Virus record (IMG/VR): IMGVR_UViG_3300037200_000039
DNA: 64,000 bases
DNA from: an uncultured virus (IMG/VR IMGVR_UViG_3300037200_000039)
Lineage: Duplodnaviria > Heunggongvirae > Uroviricota > Caudoviricetes
Reading direction: 5' to 3' (one strand)
Positions 1 through 8,136 of this stretch are shown in pieces. The notes beneath the pieces are model-generated. The model was not told the DNA's origin and ran no database searches. It was given only the letters and a program-made list of their open reading frames with translations. The translations under genes and the position numbers were made by a program. How positions within the stretch are numbered: position 1 is the stretch's first letter; each line of letters starts with the position of its first letter.

Positions 1-386
1 TCGCGGGCGGCGCGGGCGTTGCGGGCGTCGAGGGCGGCGCTGGCGGCGCGGGCGTCGAGCGCGTTGCGGGCGGCGCGGGCGTCGATGGCGGCGATGGCGT
101 CGATGGCGGCGCGGGCGTCGAGGGCGGCGCGGGCATCGCGGGCGTCGCTGGCGCCGCTGGCAATTGGCTTTCTTCCGGTTCGTTTATCAAAATCATTCAA
201 TATTTCATGAATGGTCGCATCCAGAGATGGATAATCAGTCAATCTCCAACCAGCGCGGATCTGGACAATGTCCCGCTTCACGCCGAGAGCCTGGCAATAA
301 GCCATTAGCGACTTCTCCACCGCTATGCAGTCGATGAGGCCTGGAAAATTACAGACGGCTTTGTATTGATCTAGAAGAGTGGTCAT
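1..386 (-). CDS. Hypothetical protein (runs off window start) with Asp/Ala/Arg repeats; possibly DUF6745-like
   Basis: Hand-translated from ATG at 386 (AAAGGAAC upstream): MTTLLDQYKAVCNFPGLID... then DARAALDARAAIDAIAAIDARAAR repeats, open to the window edge. The family guess rests on the repeats and the neighbouring RQGDV gene. Confidence 0.65.
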   Translation of the reverse strand, partial: MTTLLDQYKAVCNFPGLIDCIAVEKSLMAYCQALGVKRDIVQIRAGWRLTDYPSLDATIHEILNDFDKRTGRKPIASGASDARDARAALDARAAIDAIAAIDARAARNALDARAASAALDARNARAAR

Positions 387-437
387 TTATTAGTTCCTTT
401 GATTCGATCTGATCTGATCTACATAAGTCAACTGCAC

Positions 438-782
438 TCAATCCACCACGCGCGTTAGCGCGACTGGCTTATATTCCATTTGCTGGGGAAGCAGCCATTT
501 GCCAACCACCAGGTTGCCAGGAACCGTAGCATGTTCCTCATGCAACAAGCCTAGCGACGTTTCGACCTGCAGATACCGCTCTCCGCTACCAGTCTTTAAC
601 AACTTCACACCGTCGCTGCGATCAACGAATTCGAATCTATGGTGATGGCCGGTACTTTCGCCTAATGCCAAGATGACCTTCTTGCCGGTCGGTGGCTGTG
701 CAACGGCATCAACAGGAATTGCCTTGACAGGTATCAAAAGAACGTCGCCCTGACGGGGACCGCAAGTAGATTTAGATTTCAT
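438..782 (-). CDS. Conserved small phage protein, RQGDV/His-rich type
   Basis: ATG at 782 with AGGAG upstream; motifs RQGDVLL, GESTGHHH, LLHEEH, QMEY, RVVD. Confidence 0.75.
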   Translation of the reverse strand: MKSKSTCGPRQGDVLLIPVKAIPVDAVAQPPTGKKVILALGESTGHHHRFEFVDRSDGVKLLKTGSGERYLQVETSLGLLHEEHATVPGNLVVGKWLLPQQMEYKPVALTRVVD

Positions 783-929
783 GAATGTGCTCCTTATATT
801 GATGGTAAGACTCATTCGAATGCGGTTGCAACGCAGATTGCCACATTGTAGAGTGTAACGCAAGCAGGTATTTAAGGAACGGTAAATGAACCAGCGATCA
901 CTGTTTGGCAATGTTGACACGGCCGCATC

Positions 930-2339
930 GTGATTACCCTTCGTCCTTACCAGATTGAAGCGATGCAGAATATCCGCGCTGCGTTCGCGTCTGGCGCCAA
1001 AGCACCGCTCTATGTGCTTCCATGCGGCGGGGGCAAGACTACGATTTTCTCCGCTATTGCCGAATCCAGCGCGCGGCGCAGTAAGCGCGTTTTAATTCTG
1101 TGCCATCGCGTCGAATTGGTAGATCAGATAGTTGCGGCACTTAAACAGTTTGATGTAATCCCGGATGTAATAGCCGCGGGGTATGGCCGCCGAGCTGGCG
1201 GCCATGGCGGATCTACTACGCGCGCTTATCACGCGGTCTCGGTCGCATCCGTGCAAACCCTCGTGCGTCGGCTGGATAGTTATCCTGATCCCACGATGAT
1301 TATCGTTGACGAAGCACATCACACCGTGGCAGGTTCCTGGTCTGCGATATTAAATCGCTATAAAAACGCAAAGGTTCTGGGGCTTACCGCGTCACCAATT
1401 CGATTAGATGGCCGTGGTCTAGCCGCTCATTTTGACAGATTAATTGTTGGCCCTAGCGTAGCCGAGTTAACAGCACAAGGATTCCTAGCGCCAGCGCGTA
1501 TCTTCGCGCCGCCGACTGTCGATACATCAGGACTCCATACTAGAGCCGGTGATTATAAGACCGAAGAATCTTCGGCGTTACTTGATGCACCAGGCATTAC
1601 CGGGAACGCTCTCAGTCACTACCTAAAACACGCCCCAAATCTGCCGGCACTGGTATTTTGTACGTCAGTATCTCACGCACATCACGTCGCCGAGCAATTC
1701 AGAGACGCTAACATTTCAGCTGTCTCATTGCACGGCGGCACGGACTGCGAAGTCAGGCGCTTAGCGGTCAATGATTTCAGAGAAGGCCGCATCAAAGTAG
1801 TTACCCAGTGTGGGCTAGCGAATGAAGGCTGGGATTTACCTGGTGTTCACTGCGGAATTTTCTTGCGCCCCACCACCAGTTTAGGTTTATGGATTCAGAT
1901 GACCGGAAGATGCAGTAGACCGTCACCCGGTAAATCACATGCCATTTTGCTGGATCATGTCGGAAACTGCCAGAGGCTTGGCATGCCAGACGAGCCGCGC
2001 GACTGGCAACTGACCGCTGACGTTATCAAGCGCAAGGAGAAATCCGCTGTCGGTGTTCGCATATGCCACAAATGCTTTGCGGCATCGTCAGCACGCGCCT
2101 CGGCATGCATCGAGTGCGGTACACCATTCATGGTCAAGCCGCGCGAGATCGCGGAGCGCGAAGGAGAACTAGTGGAGTTGACAGCCGAGCAAATCGCGAA
2201 GAAAAGAGAACGTCAAGAGCAAGGGAGATCGAGGACGTTGGCAGAGCTTGAGCAGTTCGCACGAATGAAGGGCTACGCCCGTGGGTGGCCTGAGCATGTT
2301 CTGAGAGCAAGAGAAGCAAGGAAACAAAATGTGGAATGA
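930..2339 (+). CDS. SF2 DEAD/DEAH-box helicase with C-terminal zinc finger
   Basis: LRPYQ, PCGGGKT (Walker A), DEAHH, LTASP, QMTGRCSR, CHKC...CIECG. Confidence 0.93.
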   Translation: MITLRPYQIEAMQNIRAAFASGAKAPLYVLPCGGGKTTIFSAIAESSARRSKRVLILCHRVELVDQIVAALKQFDVIPDVIAAGYGRRAGGHGGSTTRAYHAVSVASVQTLVRRLDSYPDPTMIIVDEAHHTVAGSWSAILNRYKNAKVLGLTASPIRLDGRGLAAHFDRLIVGPSVAELTAQGFLAPARIFAPPTVDTSGLHTRAGDYKTEESSALLDAPGITGNALSHYLKHAPNLPALVFCTSVSHAHHVAEQFRDANISAVSLHGGTDCEVRRLAVNDFREGRIKVVTQCGLANEGWDLPGVHCGIFLRPTTSLGLWIQMTGRCSRPSPGKSHAILLDHVGNCQRLGMPDEPRDWQLTADVIKRKEKSAVGVRICHKCFAASSARASACIECGTPFMVKPREIAEREGELVELTAEQIAKKRERQEQGRSRTLAELEQFARMKGYARGWPEHVLRAREARKQNVE

Positions 2340-2363
2340 AATATATGCAGTGGGTACAGAACC

Positions 2364-2588
2364 ATGACTAACGAAGAAGCACTCGAAGGTTTTAAATCAC
2401 TCGCCGAATTGGTGCGCGGCGTATGCTACGAGCATCAGCGCTACAAATTGTATGCGCAAGTCTACCGCGCGCATCTCTATATACGATCCTCATTCGATGC
2501 CTACGAATTGGCGAAGGAAGCAGTGGCTTTCATGGATGCGGTATTTGAACATCCGTCTACTGCCACGTCTACCGAACCAGCCCCATGA
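2364..2588 (+). CDS. Hypothetical protein
   Basis: 74-aa ORF in a co-directional, tightly packed gene run. Confidence 0.55.
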   Translation: MTNEEALEGFKSLAELVRGVCYEHQRYKLYAQVYRAHLYIRSSFDAYELAKEAVAFMDAVFEHPSTATSTEPAP

Positions 2589-2680
2589 ACAAAATCCGCT
2601 TCGGCAAACTCACACCGGTTACTATCACCAGGGTATTTGAACACCAGTTTTCCGAAGTGGTAAAGAGGACTTCTCTATGA
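2585..2680 (+). pseudogene. 31-aa ORF duplicating the N-terminus of the 3045 gene
   Basis: MNKIRFGKLTPVT is identical to the start of 3045..3308; ATGA overlaps at both ends. Confidence 0.5.
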
Positions 2681-3084
2681 CGATTGAAATCACCGAGCGC
2701 GTGCAGGCAGTGTGGCACATGGAAATCCAGGGTGGCAACTGGCTAGCAGCAGTTGAGAGCTTGGAGGGTGGCGGATCTAAAATCAGCTATCGATTCAGAT
2801 ATTATCATGATGATAAACTGTTCGAGGATAGCAAAGACCTTCGCCACTGGTATCGGGCGGAAAGCGAAATAGACGTCGTCCAGGCGATTGATAAGGTGCG
2901 GCAGGTAGTTGCTTACATGCAGCGGACGGGAGTTGGCGTGGACTCGCACGAGATCGTGCGCGGACGCTTATCACTGAATGATTTCGCAGCACTGCTAATG
3001 GCGCAACGTTATATGCACACGAAACGCGTGCAGGCGGGGACGGAGTGAACAAAATCCGCTTCGGCAAACTCACACCGGTTACTA
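2586..3084 (+). repeat. 39-bp perfect direct repeat (2586-2624 and 3046-3084)
   Basis: tgaacaaaatccgcttcggcaaactcacaccggttacta occurs twice and flanks gene 2677..3048. Confidence 0.95.
2677..3048 (+). CDS. Hypothetical protein
   Basis: 123 aa, AGAGGA upstream, overlaps neighbours by 4 nt. Confidence 0.7.
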   Translation: MTIEITERVQAVWHMEIQGGNWLAAVESLEGGGSKISYRFRYYHDDKLFEDSKDLRHWYRAESEIDVVQAIDKVRQVVAYMQRTGVGVDSHEIVRGRLSLNDFAALLMAQRYMHTKRVQAGTE

Positions 3085-3308
3085 CCAGAGCCATAGGGCT
3101 TAGCCAATTACAACGCGATCTAGACGCAGACCTAGAACATCAAATCGATGCAATGTACGAGCGCATGTTGGCCGCCGATCGGGAGGCGAATGTGGAAGGC
3201 GCGCGAGAGTACTATCACGAACTCGCGCGGCTGGTGCGCAGTCGCTCGGCACAGCAGATCGCGAAGATGGAAACGCGTCTACGACTACTACGACTGGAGA
3301 TACCATGA
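3045..3308 (+). CDS. Hypothetical protein
   Basis: 87 aa, GTGA/ATGA coupled to neighbours. Confidence 0.65.
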   Translation: MNKIRFGKLTPVTTRAIGLSQLQRDLDADLEHQIDAMYERMLAADREANVEGAREYYHELARLVRSRSAQQIAKMETRLRLLRLEIP

Positions 3309-3415
3309 GCGAATTTGTCACTAACCATCCGTGGTGGATGGTAGCTATTTTGCTGACTGTTATTATATGCGCTGATCTTATAGCCGATGGGCTTAAAGGT
3401 CCAGATAAGTCCTGA
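3305..3415 (+). CDS. Small single-TM peptide
   Basis: Hand-translated MSEFVTNHPWWMVAILLTVIICADLIADGLKGPDKS; GGAG upstream. Confidence 0.5.
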   Translation: MSEFVTNHPWWMVAILLTVIICADLIADGLKGPDKS

Positions 3416-3671
3416 GCAACAAGCACGGATGCGCAAGCAAGCTGGGGAAGTGCAAATGGAACGCACCATAGAATACTGCTACAACTGCGAGTGGTATAAG
3501 AAGATAGCAATATTCGCACCTAGCGACGTACCACCCCACAAAGGACTTCATGGGGGTAGATGCCATTACAATCCGCCGGACGATAAGGGCTTTCCACATG
3601 TATTTGGCGGGGATTTCTGTTCACGATGGACTGCTGCGGACGGACGCAAGGCATGGACTCCCGGTGAGTGA
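3387..3671 (+). CDS. Cys-rich small phage protein
   Basis: CYNCEWY...GRCHYNPP...FP...DFCSRW pattern. Confidence 0.65.
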   Translation: MGLKVQISPEQQARMRKQAGEVQMERTIEYCYNCEWYKKIAIFAPSDVPPHKGLHGGRCHYNPPDDKGFPHVFGGDFCSRWTAADGRKAWTPGE

Positions 3672-4050
3672 ATCCGACCTCTACGCCGAGATCTTGCGCG
3701 AGCACAGCCGCGGGCCGACGCGATTGTTCCGGCAGCAATCGGCGCTCGCATGGGCCGGCAAGATCATCGATCGCACGCATGATCGGATTACACTGCTGAA
3801 TCCACACCCCATTAAACTAGGTGTCCCGGGCATGGCCGATCTAGGGGGCTTGAGTAGCGTACTGATTACTGACGCAATGGTCGGCCAAATAATCGCGGTG
3901 TACCTGGCGATTGAGTGCAAGGCCGGGCGCGGTCATGCGACTACTGAGCAGAAGGACTTCATCGCTATGGTGCAATGCTTGGGCGGCCGTGCGGGCATTG
4001 CGCGGTCGAGTGCAGAGGCGGGGCGGATTATTGGCGGGACGCGCCAGTGA
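3664..4050 (+). CDS. VRR-NUC domain nuclease
   Basis: GTG at 3664; GMADLGG...LAIECKA...TTEQKDFI...GGRAGIARS (PD-(D/E)xK type). Confidence 0.88.
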   Translation: MSESDLYAEILREHSRGPTRLFRQQSALAWAGKIIDRTHDRITLLNPHPIKLGVPGMADLGGLSSVLITDAMVGQIIAVYLAIECKAGRGHATTEQKDFIAMVQCLGGRAGIARSSAEAGRIIGGTRQ

Positions 4051-4730
4051 AGCCTCTAGCCGTAGATCTCTTTGCGGGTCTAGGCGGTTGGACTGAAGGA
4101 CTCGTTGCAGAAGGCTACTACGTGGTCGGATTCGATAACGTTCGACACGTCTATGGTGAGCAGCGATACCCGGCACAGCTCGTCGTTCAGGACGTTCTGA
4201 CATTGCATGGTAGACAGTTCAAGGACGCGGCGCTGATCGTCGCGAGTCCGCCGTGCCAAGAGTACAGCTATCGTGCGATGCCGTGGAAACGCGCGAAGGC
4301 ATTGCCGCCGCCGGATAATTCGCTATTCGAGGCGTGCTTTCGCATCCAGCGCGAGGCGTGTGAAGCCGCTGGCCACTACATCCCAATGGTGGTCGAGAAC
4401 GTCTGCGGCGCGCAGAAGTGGGTGGGACGAGCTCGCTGGCACTATGGATCATTTTACTTGTGGGGCGACGTGCCGGCGCTCATGCCGATGATGCGCAAGT
4501 GCGTCAAGAACAGCGGCGGCTCGTGGTTTGCGGTATCTCACAACAATGTACCGCATAGCAGGGGAGACGACGTCAAGTGCGGTGGCGACTGGTTCGGAGC
4601 GGGCGAAAACGCGAGCGCGATGCGTCACCAGTCCTCGCGCAGCCCCAAGCGCCGCATGGCCTCGGCCATGATCGCGAAGATTCCCGAGCCGCTGTCACGG
4701 CACATCGCGCGGGTCTATTTCCCACGATGA
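4047..4730 (+). CDS. DNA cytosine-C5 methyltransferase-like protein (short form)
   Basis: Motif I DLFAGLGG, motif IV SPPCQEYS, motif VI VENV; GTG start overlaps the upstream stop. Confidence 0.85.
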   Translation: MKPLAVDLFAGLGGWTEGLVAEGYYVVGFDNVRHVYGEQRYPAQLVVQDVLTLHGRQFKDAALIVASPPCQEYSYRAMPWKRAKALPPPDNSLFEACFRIQREACEAAGHYIPMVVENVCGAQKWVGRARWHYGSFYLWGDVPALMPMMRKCVKNSGGSWFAVSHNNVPHSRGDDVKCGGDWFGAGENASAMRHQSSRSPKRRMASAMIAKIPEPLSRHIARVYFPR

Positions 4731-4768
4731 CAACGCAAGCGGCTATATCAGTTCACCACTCACGGTGC

Positions 4769-6157
4769 TCAAATGCTAACCCCTGAAATGATTGTTTCTT
4801 CTGAGCAATTCAAGCGCGGGTACAGCACCTCTGGAATACGCCGATTGAGAAACTTGCACAACGCCGCCCATTCCATCCCGGCATCCATGTCCATGACTAA
4901 GAGATCCTCGGGGCGATTACGAAAATACTGGCGCACCTCGAGGTTATGTCGACGGTAGCGTTGGAGGAATACCCGCGCGTCGAAATCTTTCTGTCCATAG
5001 AGTTCCGTGTGGATGGTGTTCGAGAACGGATAGATATCCCATACCCCGCGATCTGGATTGTGCTCATAACTCCATAAACGCTCTACGCTCTTAAGCCAAT
5101 CCGATTCGTTTCTGCAAGTTAAGATGAACTTCGAGCCAGGATAGGCTTTGTCCAATTTCTCGTACAGTAGCGGAAAGGGATTGTCTGAGAACGCATACCA
5201 TCGCTCTAGTGTCTTAGATCGCCCTAGCGCTTGCATCTCGTACCACATAAGGGCCGCTTGCCCGGTGCCCCAGTGGAAGCTATCAAACCCGAGGACCTTG
5301 AACGCTTCGTGCAGACTATTGGTTCCAGTTTTTTGCATTCCAATACCGAAGATGCGCGTTGGCAGCTTCTGAAGCTCAATGGGAGTTGTGCCCATAGCAG
5401 AACCGTTAGACTTGTACACCATGCCGCAGCCGAAGTTGCCGTCATTCACCACTCTCTCAATGCGCATATCGATTTGCTTGCTGTGCCACTTGTGCTCATT
5501 GTTCTGCGCTTCTGGATATTCCTTAAACCGCACCTCGGGTCCGTGGCTTATGACCTGGAGATCCTTGCTATCGAAAAACTGTCCTGTGTAACCAGCGCGA
5601 TTCAAGCGCCCCAGCATATCGATATCTTCACTCCCCCAGATTTTAAAGATCTCATCGTAGCCGCCAATTTTTACAAAACTGTCTGCATACATAGCCAGGC
5701 GCCCGGCGAAGCCGCGCCGAGGACGCGTATCGTCCCACGGCATGCGTTTGATTGCCGCGAAATCCGGATACAAAAACATCTGCCGTGGGTTCATCGACGC
5801 ATTGAACTTATCGGCAATGAACTGCGCGAAATCAGGCCCCGTGAAGTTATCTGCATCAAGTGTGCAGATGATATCTGCGTGCTCAAGCATCCCGCAGCGT
5901 ATTGCCATGTTCTTAGCATGTGCGATCAGCCATTTACCGCCATTCAAATAACTGTAAATGACCAAACGTCCTGACTTTATATCGTCCAGATGCGTCCCCC
6001 ATAGATACTGCTGTATATCATCATCGCTGTTGTAGTCCAGCACCACGAATACGGCATTGGGGTATGCGGCGTTATCGGCGAGGTTTTTAGGCAGAGTTAA
6101 TTTGAGGTGCTGGGTACGGCCCTTACAGGTGGTACAGAATGCGATGCGTACCGGCAT
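4769..6157 (-). CDS. GT-A glycosyltransferase (GT2/GT7-like) fused to a sulfotransferase-family domain
   Basis: N-terminal part: VVLDYNSDD, HAKNMA, LDAD (DxD), GGYDEIFKIWGSED. C-terminal part: IFGIGMQKTGTNSL (PAPS loop-like), KFILTCR..WLKS, WAALCKFL. Confidence 0.85.
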   Translation of the reverse strand: MPVRIAFCTTCKGRTQHLKLTLPKNLADNAAYPNAVFVVLDYNSDDDIQQYLWGTHLDDIKSGRLVIYSYLNGGKWLIAHAKNMAIRCGMLEHADIICTLDADNFTGPDFAQFIADKFNASMNPRQMFLYPDFAAIKRMPWDDTRPRRGFAGRLAMYADSFVKIGGYDEIFKIWGSEDIDMLGRLNRAGYTGQFFDSKDLQVISHGPEVRFKEYPEAQNNEHKWHSKQIDMRIERVVNDGNFGCGMVYKSNGSAMGTTPIELQKLPTRIFGIGMQKTGTNSLHEAFKVLGFDSFHWGTGQAALMWYEMQALGRSKTLERWYAFSDNPFPLLYEKLDKAYPGSKFILTCRNESDWLKSVERLWSYEHNPDRGVWDIYPFSNTIHTELYGQKDFDARVFLQRYRRHNLEVRQYFRNRPEDLLVMDMDAGMEWAALCKFLNRRIPEVLYPRLNCSEETIISGVSI

Positions 6158-6159
6158 GC

Positions 6160-6324
6160 TTATCCTTCAAGCCCTAATACCAAATCCAACCAATCGGGTA
6201 TGCGCCGCTCACCCTTGAGCCAGCGTTGCACGGTACGCACATCTACGTGCAGGTGCTTGGCCGCTTCTGACGTCCCGTAACTATGCTTTCTCATCCACTC
6301 GCGTAGTTCACCCTTGGATGCCAT
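6160..6324 (-). CDS. Small XRE/Cro-like HTH protein (54 aa)
   Basis: Hand-translated MASKGELREWMRKHSYGTSEAAKHLHVDVRTVQRWLKGERRIPDWLDLVLGLEG. Confidence 0.8.
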   Translation of the reverse strand: MASKGELREWMRKHSYGTSEAAKHLHVDVRTVQRWLKGERRIPDWLDLVLGLEG

Positions 6325-6329
6325 CGATC

Positions 6330-6359
6330 ACCATATGACCAATGGTCGCTACTTGTCAA
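6330..6359 (-). promoter_or_regulatory. Sigma70-like promoter with a GAC-N5-GTC palindrome in the spacer
   Basis: Minus strand TTGACA-N18-TATGGT immediately upstream of the HTH start; gaccaatggtc at 6337-6347. Confidence 0.55.
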
Positions 6360-6599
6360 GCGGTTTTACCTCGTCGTACGCGTCACCCGTGACGTGGGCC
6401 AAGCGGTGGCCTACGGGTTTCGCACTTGCCGCAAACTTTGGAACCCAGTTCTACGTTACCGTTCAAACGAGGCACTAATTTTCTCCTTGCCGTGTCGTTG
6501 TTCCAATCGCTTCACGGCTTCCGTCACAACAGTTGACGATTGCTGCTCGGCCGGTACAAACCTACTCGGCTATAAGCGTCATCATTTCCTCGGTGTAGC

Positions 6600-7196
6600 T
6601 CACGCGCTATCTGCCGCGCCGGACTCATCCGGCCGCAATTCATCGCCCGTGCCACCATTCGCAATCCTGGTAAGCATCGTGCGCATCTCCTGGCGCTCCT
6701 GATAGGTTAGTTTCGAAGAATCAATAATCGGCGGCGCCGCGCGCTTGTCATCCATCTCGACTTGCTGCGCTGGAGGTTTCCAATGCTCACCGCCGCGCCG
6801 ATCCAGCACACCCATACCCACCTTGGCATTATTGGAATCAGTATCCGACGTCGCAATGCGCATCATGTTGGCGGCAACCAGCGAAATCGCCTGCGCCGCG
6901 CCGAGTTCGATGTCGGGCAAGTAATACGCTGCAATCAACTCGGGAGGCACACCCAGTAAATGTGCAATCGCTGGCCGGTCCATGCCGAGGCCCGCGAAGC
7001 GGCGCACCATCCCCGAGAACAGCGCCGATGGATGCTCGCCCACGGTGCGCAGAACCTCCAGCCGTTCCTGGTGCTCTGCCTCCTGGCGCTCGAACTGCTG
7101 CTTCATCCACACGGCCAACTCTTCGCGCGCGCCGCCCGTGACAGCGGGTAACTTGGCCGGCCCGGACTTGCGCTTGCGCCTAGCGGACATACTCAT
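6600..7196 (-). CDS. Probable terminase small subunit (HTH type)
   Basis: GMDRPAIAHLLGV...YY..DIELGAAQAISLVAANMMRIAT...LDRRGGEHW and C-terminal IDSSKLTYQERQEMR resemble phage TerS-type proteins. Confidence 0.65.
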   Translation of the reverse strand: MSMSARRKRKSGPAKLPAVTGGAREELAVWMKQQFERQEAEHQERLEVLRTVGEHPSALFSGMVRRFAGLGMDRPAIAHLLGVPPELIAAYYLPDIELGAAQAISLVAANMMRIATSDTDSNNAKVGMGVLDRRGGEHWKPPAQQVEMDDKRAAPPIIDSSKLTYQERQEMRTMLTRIANGGTGDELRPDESGAADSA

Positions 7197-7366
7197 CCTG
7201 CTCCCTTCTTCGACCTCGTGAACGTTTCGAGGAGCTTGGCCAGCGCGGCGATGTTCGCGAGCAGGTCGCGGCGGTCCGCCAGCTCGGCAGCGGTGAGCTT
7301 CATGCGCGCCCCTTCCCCAGCCGGTGACTTGCGCTTAGGTGACTTGCGCCTAGCGGCCATACTCAT
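7193..7366 (-). CDS. Short mosaic ORF built from duplicated starts of neighbouring genes
   Basis: MSMAARRK... (cf. TerS start MSMSARRK) joined to MKLTAAELA (cf. MKLTDAELA of 7350..7637). Confidence 0.45.
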   Translation of the reverse strand: MSMAARRKSPKRKSPAGEGARMKLTAAELADRRDLLANIAALAKLLETFTRSKKGAG

Positions 7367-7637
7367 CTTCCATCTTCTTGAACGCTGCGTCGAACTTGTC
7401 ATAATCATTATCTAACTGATACGCGATCAGCGCCTTGGTCTTCAACGCCCCTCGGCGGGCCTCTACAACACGGGGGTTATCATCAAGAGATCGATACTCG
7501 GCAAACTCTGCCTCCAGTGCCTCGATGTGCTTGAGCAGGGCGCGGCGGTCGATCTCTGCAAACGTAGGCGTGTCAAGAGGGCGTAACACACCATCCCGCC
7601 CTTTGATCTCCGCCAGCTCGGCGTCGGTGAGCTTCAT
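7350..7637 (-). CDS. Hypothetical protein
   Basis: 95 aa, coupled overlap with the upstream gene. Confidence 0.65.
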   Translation of the reverse strand: MKLTDAELAEIKGRDGVLRPLDTPTFAEIDRRALLKHIEALEAEFAEYRSLDDNPRVVEARRGALKTKALIAYQLDNDYDKFDAAFKKMEDEYGR

Positions 7638-7906
7638 GCGCGCCCCTTCATTTCTGGCATTCCCTCGAAACGCGCGATCATCTCCTTGAACAACGTGACG
7701 ATATCTTTGCGATCCGCACCGTTGCTGATGAAGTTTGCCCGGCCAGTGTTGTCGTACGGGAATACCAGCAGCACGAAGCCCACAGTCTTGTGCGGCGCTT
7801 TCAGATCGCCGTTGAATGTCTCATCGAGCGCGCCCACAATGGCGTTCATCTGCTCGATGTACTCGGGTTCGATCGGCGCATCGCCCAAGGTGTGATCGTC
7901 GCTCAT
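7634..7906 (-). CDS. Conserved phage hypothetical protein
   Basis: GFVLLVFPY...RANFISNGADRKDIV..FKEMIARFEG. Confidence 0.75.
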   Translation of the reverse strand: MSDDHTLGDAPIEPEYIEQMNAIVGALDETFNGDLKAPHKTVGFVLLVFPYDNTGRANFISNGADRKDIVTLFKEMIARFEGMPEMKGRA

Positions 7907-8136
7907 GGCTTCTTCTCCACGATGCCTTGATGCAAGTCATAGCCGCCCGCAAGGCCCACAGTCCTCGCCCATTTCCCACGACGCTTCAACAGCCCCAGCA
8001 CATATTCCTCCAAGCCCTTATGCTCCTCCCATGCCTCGGCCTCGAGTTCGGCCTTCAGATTCGCGGGCACATATAGCGTCAGCTTCCCCATCCGCACCTT
8101 CCAGCGCGGGCGTTCAATCCGATCGGCAGGCTTCAT
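7903..8136 (-). CDS. Hypothetical, possible ribbon-helix-helix protein
   Basis: KLTLYVPANLKAELEAEA...LEEYVLGLL. Confidence 0.6.
   Translation of the reverse strand: MKPADRIERPRWKVRMGKLTLYVPANLKAELEAEAWEEHKGLEEYVLGLLKRRGKWARTVGLAGGYDLHQGIVEKKP

Larger units (their letters stand above)
7173..7649 (-). repeat. Two interleaved direct-repeat pairs at gene starts
   Basis: 25 bp at 7173-7197 and 7343-7367 (1 mismatch); 41 bp at 7275-7315 and 7609-7649 (2 mismatches). Confidence 0.9.

Noticed and set aside
19..210. Plus-strand RAS/AMA repeat ORF
   Set aside because: Antisense of the minus-strand gene starting at 386, which has an RBS.
3550..4730. ORF-track starts at 3550 and 3975 (likewise 24596, 42831, 45926, 57187)
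   Set aside because: They overlap upstream genes extensively; downstream coupled starts fit motif boundaries better.
4047..4730. Restriction-modification system with the adjacent nuclease
   Set aside because: The neighbour is a VRR-NUC-type replication/recombination nuclease, not a recognisable cognate endonuclease.
6394..6702. Plus-strand 102-aa ORF
   Set aside because: It overlaps the TerS-like gene in antisense and has no motif or RBS.
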